From Phyllosticta citribraziliensis (taxonomy: Eukaryota), in contig NW_027117339.1 of the NCBI RefSeq assembly GCF_038025025.1, positions 496,001 through 560,000 of the forward strand: a stretch of 64,000 nt of DNA. The letters run 5' to 3'. The position numbers were made by a program, and so were the translations under genes. Below the pieces are notes generated by a model that was not told the DNA's origin, ran no database searches, and was given only the letters and a program-made list of their open reading frames with translations. This document shows positions 49,922 to 61,023 of this stretch, one piece after another (within the stretch, counting starts at the first letter, position 1; the number at the start of each line of letters is the position of its first letter).

Positions 49922-51152
49922 TTGGATTATGGTTAGAAATTCAGCTGCTTAATTCAATTATGGAGTAGAAATTCGGCAAAGTGGCCTTGGCGACGGCGGT
50001 CTCCATCGCCGGTCTGGCCAGAAGATTTACGCTCGCGAATTTGCATGATCTGGGTAAGTAGACTCATTATTTTCATCTAATCCACTGCCCTAGCATGGCG
50101 GTGCGCCATCTAGAGCTTTGCATGGCGGCCTCAAATCTGGCCCGCGATGCGAAGCGTCTGTGAAACACCGCATTTGCTCAATGAGTCGTCCTGAATATCT
50201 CTCAACCATTTGATTCCCGTCTCTTGATCTACGTGTTTGTCTTGCCGCGTCTCTGGACGCTTCGAGCATAGGTCGTCGACCAACGAGCGAGAGCGACTGG
50301 GGGATTCACTCGACTATGCGAAGAGCTTGCCGTGCTCTGAGAAGTAGTGGGCAAGACGTAGTGAGTGAGATGCGGCAAAATGAGGCCAAAGCTACCAAGA
50401 AATGCTTTCAGCAACGCGTTTAACGCCACGTTGGACGCCGCACTGAGCAAGGTGTGCTGGACGAGAGCCTGATGGAGGACACCTGTACGCGGCTCGCTTC
50501 CAGTGTTGGTGACGTCAGTGGTGGCTGCCAGGGTCTAGGTATGCCCGTGAGAAGTAGTTTTGACGCGTCTTTGCGCTCGTCCTCTCCCACACTACACAAC
50601 GATCACGGTTTTTTATCTTCCTCAGAGCTTGACAGAAAAGGAAGAGTCTGTGATATGGGTGCACTTTCTGCTGACTTGGATTTATTTCAGTTACTTGCGC
50701 ATCTGCTTGAGTGGCTGAAAGCCATTTTCAACGTTGCTGTTGGGCGCTGCGGTCGAGTAAGCCCCTCCCGCAAAGGTTCAGCGATTTGATCAGCATAAAA
50801 TTTGCTCCAAAATTAGCGCAACCTCCAAACCCAAGATTCGTCCAAGAACAGCCCAATTTGCAAGTAGTAAGGAAGAACTTGAGAAAATTGAAGCCGCGAG
50901 GAAATGAGCCATTGAACAAACGTCAGGGCGCTCGGGAGGGTGAATGTTTTCCAGGCGCTGCTTGTCGCCACCAAGAGAAATTCCAGGCAGGTTTTTCGCT
51001 AGATCACAGGCTGCATTTGTCGCGCCTGGTGGTGACAGATTCGAGCGGCAAAACGAAGACCAAAGATGATCAAAGCTGAGGGGTGGTGATTAGAATAAAA
51101 AGTAGATAGGGCTGGGCAAGCCTCATTAGTAAAACACAAAATTCAAAGACTC

Positions 51153-51347
51153 AAAAAAGACAAAAGTGATGCCTCCACACCATGCTGTGCTATACGGGGA
51201 GTAAGAGTCCATTGCTGCCTACGAAGCTCGAACCGGGAACCTGCTTATAATAGAGGCCTATATGCCGACATCAAGCACTAGGCGCAGATACTGAGTCCTT
51301 GATAATGCGTCAAGCAACCCGCCCGACACATACGCTAAGGGAGCAAC
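51153..51347 (-). ncRNA. tRNA-like Pol III RNA family 2, copy D
   Basis: A box TAGCGTATGTG; B box at 51227-51234; 3' block at 51167-51192; T4 and T6 terminators. Confidence 0.7.
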
Positions 51348-52550
51348 TGTCATTACTTCAGCGCTCGCTCAAATAGCACATAACTTGAAGCAAATGCGCC
51401 TGGGCCAAGCGCAGAGAGATGAATTACCGCCAATACCTGTACTCCTCCCCGATGATTGACAAGTCATAAGAGCAGACGAGAAGTCGGAACACGAAGCCGC
51501 ATTATTTCTCCACATCAATCCGTGTCAACTTCCATGACCTTACAGCTTCTTCTTTCGTTACCTAAAAGTAAAGTACTTTGAAGAATCTTAAATTCTACTC
51601 TACTACGCCAGCCCTCGGAAAAGGTTGCATCATGCGATGTAGAGCAAACGGACCTGGCAGCTTCAACCTGTAATTTGGTCTCATGAGATGCAGTATTTTT
51701 AGCGTTTCCTCTAGATTTGGAGCCCTTGATTGAGCTGTGGTGCTGTAAACTATGTTCATCTCCCCATCAAGACGAGCGCCTCGCGGCCCTTGCCACTCGC
51801 ATTGATTCACGTTGGAAACCCAAAAGCCGAAGGATATTCTGAACGCCCTGTTCTGCCCATGCGTAGATCCAAACTTTCGAAATTCGAATTTTGGATGGAC
51901 ACGACGTTCAAGTTGGAAGTGTTAATTTTGACAATGGCACCGAGCGCCCGATGGCCTCAATATCTCTAGTCATACGCGCAACCGTTGAGTAGAGGGTGCC
52001 CAATCGCAGTGCTGATCTGCCTTATTTTCATCTGCCTTAGACCAGAGACTGCGAAACGTAGATATGATCGCATCGTCCGACTCCCTCTGACGACGGTCCT
52101 TCCAACCACAACACTCCTTCCGACCACAATACTCCCTCTACCGCCGACACACCTTTTGCCGCCAAATCACCCTCGATTACGATTTGACGAAAATTCCTTC
52201 TGCGTCGCGACTCTACCCTCCACCGTGTCGTCTCCAGAGCTTTGCGCGGTCTTGCCTGGTCGTCCCGTCAACACCACCTCTCGCTACTTTCCTTCGACGT
52301 GCAGCACTTTCACTCGACCCGCCTCAACTTCTCTAAGTCGTGTTCTATTTCCCTTGCCGGCGCAACACCCACCCTGCGTCAAGACTTCGGCGAGGTTTCT
52401 TCGCCCAATCCTCCTTCATACGACTTTACTTGTTGTCGACGTTTCGCGCCCGCCGGTTTGCGCTCTGACGGATCTACGCACCAGCAACCGCCGCCGCTCG
52501 GCCCTTTACATGTTGATGAGCCTTGGTCAGCCATCAACCTCGGCAGTCTC

Positions 52551-54359
52551 ATGAGAATGTCGCGAAAACAAATTCAAAAGCGTGTGGAGGCCCAGATTGT
52601 CAATCATGAGCATGATGGCTTGAGTCAGAAAGAGATATCTAGACTCATTGAAGATATCAGCTCGCACTGGGGTGATGACTACCAGCATTGGCTTCCACAG
52701 CTTGGCCGACCGCAGGGACGCCCAGAAGTGTGGACATACGGAATAATTGTCGAGTTAGCTCTTATTGCGCCACTCATGCCCGGCGACGACCGTAGGTCTG
52801 CCGCCGCAGCTGCAATCGGACAATCCCGAACCCAGAGATTGGCGAACGCGAACACCACAACAACCGCCGACATCGACATTACTCCAAGAGATACCTGTGA
52901 GGTCAGAGTCAAGGCTCAGCTCATATCGTCAATCACCGAATTCTGGCCTTGCGAATTCTCTCAGTGGTTGCCCAGCGGCGTAACGAACTGCGCTAGCGCT
53001 TTCGACCTCACCATCAGCATACTTTGCGGAATTGCGCTCATGGCACAATCTAGCTCGGTGGGCTCCGTCGACCGCATGCAGGAAGCCAAGGCTATCATAG
53101 CTGCAAAGATCCAGCGGCGGCCGCGATCTAGAAGATGTCTCAACGCCCAGACAGTTTTCGAGGCCCTGGATGAAGGAAAGAGGGCTTGGCTCAACATTCC
53201 GTACCTGAACACTCGCTTTTACAACAAGCTGACTTACATGAGGACGTCTACGGAAAAGCAAGTTCAGCGGGCGCTCAACAATGCTGCTCGAGAATTGGGT
53301 TCGGGACACGGCACACCCGAGTATGGCGTCACAATCTTGCAACAGGATCAGGCCCGCACGGGTGCCTTGATGACAGCCGCCTATGGTGCGTATTGGCGCA
53401 TTGCACCCAGCAGTTCTTCGATGGTTCCTCAGTGGACCGATGAGAAGACAGCGGCCAACGTGGAGGTGATTGCCCAGCTCGAAAGTATCTTCAGTCAGCC
53501 ACTTGCCGTCATCCTGAAGGCACCAAAGCTTGGCACCAGCGAGGCTCTGGCGATACCGACCGAATTGCTCACGAAGATCGTGACCCTGAGCCGACAATTC
53601 GCATTGAGTCTCGCCAGACTGCACAACCTTTTGGATGCGAAGTGGCAAGAAAAGCATTTGAAGAGATACGAGGCCATGGACAACGAATTCCCTAGCCTCA
53701 AATGTTCCGATGTTGAAGAGATCATCCAAGAGACCTTGAAGCCCAACCCTTCACCACTCCTAGCAGCGGACGAGCCTCCCGAAGATTTGTTCGAGAAAAC
53801 AGAGAAGGCTCAAGAAGCTGTTCCTATGGAAAGTGCCTTGGAGGTGGGCGAGGAGGCTATTGAGCGCGAAAATGGAGCGGTTCAAGCAGAGAAGCTCGAA
53901 GATCGACCGCACAAGCGCCTGCGGTTGAGCAACAACAGTTGGAGCCAGACTTTGGGACACGAAGGTCCAGCCGGCGACGGATCTGCTGACAACGAAGTCG
54001 ACGAGAACGCCGCAGGCCTAGACGGTGGCTCCGAGGTCACGCTGAAGGGAGACGCATCGCCGAGGGAGATCGTTAAAGAAAGAGAGGAGGAGCCGACTCA
54101 GGCGATTACAGATACCCCCAAGTCCCAGGGCGCAAGCCTCCAAGTCGTCAGGTCACCTGGAGAGTTCGATGGAGAAGAGCGCAACTTGGAGATCCAGCCG
54201 CCCCAGATGGACAACTTCGACCTCACAATCGCCAAGGAGTTGCAGCGCCAGCTCAACTACGTAGAGAAGCTGGTGCTTGAGACCAGGAAGACACTCCGGC
54301 AGTACGAGCAACGGCGCGAAGACCTCGAGCGCCAGTTGAAGCAACACGAGCAAAAGTAG
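52551..54359 (+). CDS. Orphan protein B: three W/P helical repeat modules, acidic region with NLS-like RPHKRLR, C-terminal coiled coil
   Basis: Intronless 602-aa ORF from the first ATG (frame open back to 52242); paralogous to 43569-45161. Confidence 0.8.
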   Translation: MRMSRKQIQKRVEAQIVNHEHDGLSQKEISRLIEDISSHWGDDYQHWLPQLGRPQGRPEVWTYGIIVELALIAPLMPGDDRRSAAAAAIGQSRTQRLANANTTTTADIDITPRDTCEVRVKAQLISSITEFWPCEFSQWLPSGVTNCASAFDLTISILCGIALMAQSSSVGSVDRMQEAKAIIAAKIQRRPRSRRCLNAQTVFEALDEGKRAWLNIPYLNTRFYNKLTYMRTSTEKQVQRALNNAARELGSGHGTPEYGVTILQQDQARTGALMTAAYGAYWRIAPSSSSMVPQWTDEKTAANVEVIAQLESIFSQPLAVILKAPKLGTSEALAIPTELLTKIVTLSRQFALSLARLHNLLDAKWQEKHLKRYEAMDNEFPSLKCSDVEEIIQETLKPNPSPLLAADEPPEDLFEKTEKAQEAVPMESALEVGEEAIERENGAVQAEKLEDRPHKRLRLSNNSWSQTLGHEGPAGDGSADNEVDENAAGLDGGSEVTLKGDASPREIVKEREEEPTQAITDTPKSQGASLQVVRSPGEFDGEERNLEIQPPQMDNFDLTIAKELQRQLNYVEKLVLETRKTLRQYEQRREDLERQLKQHEQK

Positions 54360-57078
54360 GTACCCCGGTCGACGAATTCGCGCACGCAGCCCAAGAGCAA
54401 GCATCTCGCTGCCTCCAGGACCTTCTCTTCCATCTACGAGAAGCCATCCTGTAATACGTTCTTTGTACGCATACCAAGACTCTTCTCTTTCCACCTTCCA
54501 CTCTCCACTCTTGCAGGCCCCGGATAGTTTGTACGCACACCTACACTCTTCTCTTTCTCTTCTCCACTCTTCCCGGCAGAAACCCTGCTTGTTTTGTCTT
54601 GCTTTGAGAGATCATTGGACGAGGAATTGGGAAACACCGTCGGCGTAATAGTTGGGATTTTGCTTTGTGCGATAGATACCCATTCCGAATTGCGAAATCT
54701 GTTTCTTTGTAAAGCGCGTCCTTTTGGAACATTCAAGCGGCGCCACGAGCGCAAGAGGGCGCCATCCGGTACTTGCTGGAGGTGTCTTGAAGGTTCTGGT
54801 GCTTCGCGTTACTTAGAGTTGTTCGATGAGATCCTTTGACCTTCTTTGATGTGCTCTAGATAGGCGAGAGTTGGTCTTCTGGGAGGTAAGAAAAACAGCT
54901 GATGGCGGTGCACGTGCATCTTACAGCCAGGAAAAACGACAGAGGGGCTGGCTAGGCCGAGAAAGATCCAAAAATCCCTTCCGATGACAGGAGGGAAAGA
55001 TGAGAACATCGGATGGTCGGTGTCTGAACGAAGAAGGTTGCAGTAATTGGTGGCACCTGGGCTTAATGCCATGCAAGGCTCTTTGAAAACAGCGCAACAA
55101 AACAATGCAGAAGCAAAACTCTGCCCATTCGGACCCGGCGCTGATGGCGGATGGCTGCGCAAAAACGACGTATTGCCGCAAAATGATAGCGACACGGCAG
55201 ACAGAGGCCAAGCGAAGCCATCAAAAGCAATCGGTTTCCCAGAAAAGCGAGATGAGCCATGCGGAAAGACTTTCGAGGACGAGTGGCGAACTGGCTGCAG
55301 CGCATGTAAGCCGCAATCCTCGACTCTTGCCATCCTCAGAGAAACACTGACCCAGCGCTACATGGTATGCCATCAATACAGCCGTCCGCGCACATTGCGA
55401 CATGGAAGGCGAAGTTGAAGTAACACCAGGTTGCGGAAAAAAGGCCTCGAGGAAAAGCGCTTCTGTCACAGTCGCAGTGGTCGTGCTTGCTTCCTGCGAA
55501 AGAGACCTCGGAGTTGAAAAGGACACTGCGGCGAGCTGAAGAGCTTGCCAGTCCTGGTCAGGTAACAAGATGAAGCACAGCCTGAAAGACTTCTTTGCAC
55601 AGAGTTGAGGCAGCTGACATAACCCGCTTGCTTGACGGCGTGCCAGCCGAAGCAGTGTCCATTAGTAGAAAACAAGAAGCACCGCCCGACGACGGGGCAT
55701 GGACGTGCCCTCCGCAGCTTTGCTGCTCCGCTACTCCAAAGATAGCGACAGCCAACAGGGTCCAGAAGATTCCAGGCCGGAATAATGCAACAGAAGCACA
55801 CAAAGGGCGACGGTGCTGCAGGGCAAGCGGGAAACTTGCAGTAGACCGGGCAAAGGATTCCAGTCGCCTTTGGAGTAAGTTCTGTGACAATCCTTTGGCT
55901 TTCCCATCGTCTTCCAGAAGCCGTCCGGGTGTTTGGCGACGAGAAGGTCAGGAGCTTCGACGTCCATAGCAGCTGGAAGACCTGCGAAATGATACAAAGC
56001 GAAGTCGTGATACTGTCTTTTCGGCACCTCCCGAATCGTAGCAGAGTGCGAGATGTTCGAGTGCGAGAGTGAATCGGTGTATCGACAGGCTTCTACCACA
56101 CAGAGAAGGCAGCGGAATTGCCAAGACTTTGTCGGGCTTAAACGACTACCGATTTCCAGCCGATTTCGGACAGAAGAGGACGGGAAGATGGTACCGGTAT
56201 TCCAGCGTTTTTTTTCTGAAGTCGTCAGGCTGCTCAGCCTGTCTTGTCGGTCTGACGAGGGTCAGCGATTCAATCAACGACATGTGCACTTGTGTCGATG
56301 ATGAATCAAACCTTTCAATCTGCCATTTTGGATTAAGACGGCAACTTGTTCCGTGAGTCGACGAGCTGGACACAGTCGCAGGGAGCGTTCTTGCGGATGT
56401 TAATCCACAAGAACATCCAGCGGAACCTCTTTCCACGACCTGAATCATCGTACGGCGACTTGGCGCAGCGCAGGAGTTTGGTTATCCCACGTTTTTGACG
56501 TTTGTAGAACGTGAGTTGGCTAGCCAGCAGATCGATTCTGACCGCAGATCTCGCTCTGAAGCGTGAGAGGAGCGACTGGCCGCGGTCGGCAAGGACAAGG
56601 TACTGCCTTCCACGGTAATTGACGAGGCGGAATCCCTCCTCAGAAGACATAGCGACGGGTTTGAGCTCAAGGCAGCCAAAGACCGCTGACACAGGGACTC
56701 CTCTTTTGCAGGCTGACCTGATGTACGTGGCCGGTGACGCCAACGAACCCCTGCTCGTGCTAGACCCCCACCGAGACATTGGCAGAAGACGTGCGGGAGG
56801 TTGTCACACAGGGGGCGGACTTTGGCGCAAAAAGCATGTTCAACCTTGGACTTCCAGAATTGGCAAGCTGAGTATGTGGAAGACGGAGGTTCGAGAGAGC
56901 GCGCTGTAGAACAAGAGGTGAATCGATTCCACAATTGAAAAACATGAAGCTCACAAGGCGATAACATGTCTAGACTGCAGCCGACCAAGCAACGCTGACC
57001 ACTGAAAATGGTACGAGAGGCAAGCACGTCAAGTTTTGCAGTCACTGTGACGGACTTGGAGTACGAGAAAGCAGCTCG

Positions 57079-58056
57079 TTAATCTCTTCCCGGGAGCTCA
57101 GTAGTACACCTCTGCGCCCGCAAGAAATGTTCAGAATGTGGATCGTGCAATTCCATAGATGGCTGTGGAAGTTCCATCATAGCCGATCCTTCATGTGGAA
57201 GCTCTGTTACATGAAAGTTTCCCTGGTCTTTATCCAGGTCCGAGCACTCTTGCTTCTGGGGTCGTGCGCGAAGGAGACGCGCTTTTCGGCGGCGAAGGAA
57301 CCATAGGACTGAACCTATGAGAAGCATCAGTGAGACGATAGGAACAATGACGCTGATTGCTATTTTAGTTGTTGAGCTGAGCCCCTGGCTGCTGTTGCTT
57401 ATTCTGACCGGAGCGGGATTCCTGGACTTGGAGTATGACTCGAGGTCCTTTGAGTTCCAATTGATTTGGATCATTGGGGCTTGGGAGGTCGTAAGGTCGC
57501 CAGGGTTTCGAGAAATTGGGGTACTAGGAACACTACAGTCCAACAGAGTTGCGGGTATTGATATCTCGGTTCTGACGCAGCCTTGAATTTCGTGGAGGCT
57601 ACTTGTAGTCGAGCAATCGAATCCGCTGTAGAGGAAAGAGGTCAGGATATCTCAAGATCTACTCATCTGTACTTACAACGGACAGCACCCAGCAACAGTA
57701 TCCCCTGGTCGCACGGAAAATCCGAATGAAAACATCGAGTACGTCGAGTACGAGATGCCGCTTGCAACGCTTGCACACGCCGTCGTCCAGCCATTAGGAC
57801 AGAAAAATCCTGGGGAGTAATAGCCCCCACCAGAGAGCGCGTCCGCCTGGAGGGCTGATGTGCCAAATGGCCAACACGATACAGCTTCACCTTTTCCACT
57901 TTTCAAACATGTCTTGGCTTGTTGCACCAAAGTGAACGAGGTAGTTGAAGAGACTGTACTGTTGCCGGAAGTGTAGAAGCTTGAGGCGTAAGACACGGAC
58001 AGATAGCCCGTATCGCAATCGAAGGGCATGTAAAAGCTCGTCGTTAAATCCCCCAA
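57079..58056 (-). CDS. Cys-rich ectodomain single-pass membrane protein; start codon not resolved
   Basis: LGDLTTSF..P..C, YYSPGFFCPNGWTTAC, CCP|SGFDC across an intron (approx 57628-57675), IQINWNSKDL, then GLSSTTKIAISVIVPIVSLMLLIGSVLWFLRRRK and ELP motifs. Confidence 0.7.
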
Positions 58057-59612
58057 TGGCGCAGCAGTAGAAATTTTGGATCGCTAACTCGATCAGAAAA
58101 TAACTGAGTGGGTAGAAAAGAGGCTGTCTAACCACCCACGGGGTTGACTATCGTCGTGTTAGTAAGACTTTCTAATTCCGCATCATACGTATGCAACATA
58201 CGTATGCTGAAGTACCAGTATGTATCTCAAAGACGGGCATGGTCGATGCAGCGCGTGGCACCACTCTGAAAGCACCGTAAGGCAGACGAGAATCGGAAGA
58301 TTCGACATTCGTAACTTTGATCTCGCAGCAGGGTCTTTATGGCCGGTTGGCAGATCGTACCAATCGACCTGTGCCCTGGCGCAGCTTACTCGTGGAACGT
58401 AAGCAACCGTGGAAGCCTCAATGATGAGGTGTCGGATCAAATGCATGCTGTTCCAGTGCTTTGTCAGGAGTAACGGGCTTGCGCCGGCGCGAGGCATTGT
58501 CGTCGGCTGTCACTGAAGCCATCAGAGTACCGACAAGATACGTGGAGCGTTGGCAACTTTCAAGATCGACCAGGAGAGATGCCCAAGCAAGAGAGCCAAA
58601 CCAAGGCAGAATCGGATGGGCAGCGCCGAGGAAAGGTGCAGCAAAGAGCACAGCGGGACCCTGTGCCACAAGTGGTGGGACAAACACGAATGCCTGCGGG
58701 GTCAGAAGCACAAGGCTGCTGTTTTGCAGCGGACACTCTTGACGTGGAGCGCAAATGGCAAACAAGAGTCGTACTATCGTGGAGAATCAAAGCTGCTGCT
58801 CTTGCTCGAATCTTATTGCGTGGGCTTGTTTGGCACCTGAAGATTCAGCTTCTCCTACTATCACAGGCGTGAAGACCTGATGCTTGACCGAAGCACAGGA
58901 ATCTCAAGAAACTATGACAGAAGGATAGATACTTACCTGTGCGACCAAACATCATGGACCACTCTCAAGGTCTCGCAAGCCCACGAGCTTGGAGCCCCAT
59001 CCACACCGCAAATGAATGATGCAGGCCCACCGGAAGTCGAGTCGAGTCTCCATGGCCTGTGGGTTTACTGCCAATTTATTGTCTTTCCTCCCGTTCGGCC
59101 CATTTTCCTACAACGTACGAGTAGGGCACCTATTCCTGCGCTTTGGAAGACGAGAGACATCTCGGTAGACGTCGATGAAACACTGCTCGCAGTGGCGATG
59201 CGGGTGCAATGCAGGTGCCGAGACGGAGGCGGCCGGGACGGAACGAGATCGGGAGGGTCCGGAGCGATTCCAAGACGGGAAAGAGCCTGGCTGTCACCGA
59301 CGACGGCACAAGACAGACGGCACGCGACAGCGAAGATGGTCGCGCGACGTGCACACATTTGACTCCAAGCCGTTTGAGTCCTCTGGGCGGAGTCGGGCAA
59401 AGCGGGAGACCATGTCGAAGCGACCATTGTACTGATCTATTCTATTCTATACGGAGCCCCAACCGGGTTGATGGGTATAGGTAGGTATGTGTGCGGCTTG
59501 CGCGCAGTGTCTTCTTTCGTAGAATTCATTGACAGAAAAAGCCGCCCCCATTTGTTCCCCCATCGATTCGATCCTACCTCGATTCGTTATTGACCGTCAT
59601 CTGTACACGTTC

Positions 59613-61023
59613 TTACCGGACAATCATGCTCTCGCGGCCGGGGCCCGTGCCAATGTACTTGACCGGGACGCCGACGAATTCCTCGATGAACTGAATGTAC
59701 TTTTGCGCGTTGGCGGGAAGGTCGTTCCACGTCTTGGCGCCCGTCGTCGGCGTCTTCCAGCCAGGGAACTCTTGGTACTTGACGTCAACCTTGTCCAGAA
59801 CGTCCAGGTTGGCCGGGAAGCTCTCGAGCTCAACACCCTGGTATTCGTATGACACAGCGACCTTGAGGGTGTCAAAGTCGTCGAGGACGTCCAGCTTGGT
59901 CAGGTTGAGCGAGGTGTAGTCGTTGTTGTCGTGCGAGTACCGAACGACGACCAGGTCGAGCCATCCGCAGCGGCGCTTGCGGCCGGTCGTGACGCCAAAC
60001 TCACGGCCAACCGACTGCAGCTTCTCGCCTTCCGCATTGAATTGTTCGGTGGGGAAAGGTCCGCTTCCGACGCGCGTGGTGTAGGCTTTGACGACGCCGA
60101 TGACTTCGCGGATCGCCCGCCAGCCCAGAGAAAGGCCGGTGAGGACACCGCCTTGACCCATAATATCAGCGCAACGTGATTGGTGCGCGAAACCCATCTT
60201 CAAGACGGGTATTCAGCGGGGCTCTCAGAAATGACTCACCGAGACCAGTGTTGGACGAGGTCACGAAAGGATAGCTTCCAGCGTCAATGTCCAGCATGAG
60301 CGCATTAGCACCCTCGACCAGAATGGCAGACTTTTGCTCCTTGGCCGACTTGAGCAGCGGAACTTGGTCGATGACAAACGGCTTCAGCTTCTCGCTGAGG
60401 TCCTATAGGGAATTAGCTGCTGCCCTCTCTTCCTCCGCCAAAGATTGTCTCCCTCAGACCTTGTAGCGCGCAATCTCCTCCTCAACGTCGTACTGTAGGA
60501 GGTCGCCAAAGCGCTTCTTGTATGCGTCGGCGAGCCTGCGGATCTTGCCGGCAAGCTGCTCTTGATCGAACAGATCGCATACCCTCACGCCGCTGCGCGT
60601 CATCTTGGTGCTGTAGGTTGGGCCGATGCCCTTCTTTGTGGTGCCGATGAGCGCATTTCCCAGTTCCACCTCTTCAAGCCCGTCAACCTTTTGATGCAAG
60701 TCGAAGACGACATGAGCCCTGTCGCTGACGAAGATGCGATCCGAGTAATCGAGACCGTGCTTGGCCAGAGCCTCGAGCTCCTTGAAGAAGGACGGGACGT
60801 GGACCACGCAGCCGCTGCCAATCAGGTTGACGCAGGAGGGGTTGACGAGGCCAGAGGGCAGAATGTGGAAATCGTACGTGTTTCCATTGGCGACGATGGT
60901 GTGGCCAGCGTTGTTGCCGCCCTGGGCACGGCAGCAGAGCTGGGCGCTGGAGCAAAGGATGTCGACGAGCTTGCCTTTGCCCTCATCGCCCCACTGAGCG
61001 CCGCAGACGACGGTGGTGGTCAT
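59613..61023 (-). CDS. ADE12: Adenylosuccinate synthetase, 3 exons
   Basis: [12 protein letters not shown]-loop, [43 protein letters not shown]. Confidence 0.98.

Noticed and set aside
47700..51100. Short ORFs between the family 2 RNA copies, possibly remnants of more repeat-module genes
   Set aside because: Only faint resemblance (e.g. FPSPEWVPKII) and many stops; not supportable by eye.
46919..51347. CRISPR-like array or ordinary tRNA cluster
   Set aside because: Eukaryotic context; units are ~170-195 nt with irregular spacing of about 0.3-2.2 kb; no cas genes. No copy has a proper anticodon stem, T stem and 7-bp acceptor stem.
54800..57050. Possible decayed gene with Cys-rich fragments (e.g. 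PPDDGAWTCP, CGKTFEDEWRTGCSAC)
   Set aside because: Short broken frames with no family I can assign; needs a TBLASTN/BLASTX search.
58929..58939. ATACTTACCTG, identical to the U1 snRNA 5' end
   Set aside because: No U1-70K loop, ATTGCAC loop or Sm site follows. It is more simply a minus-strand CAG/GTAAGTAT donor-like sequence or chance.
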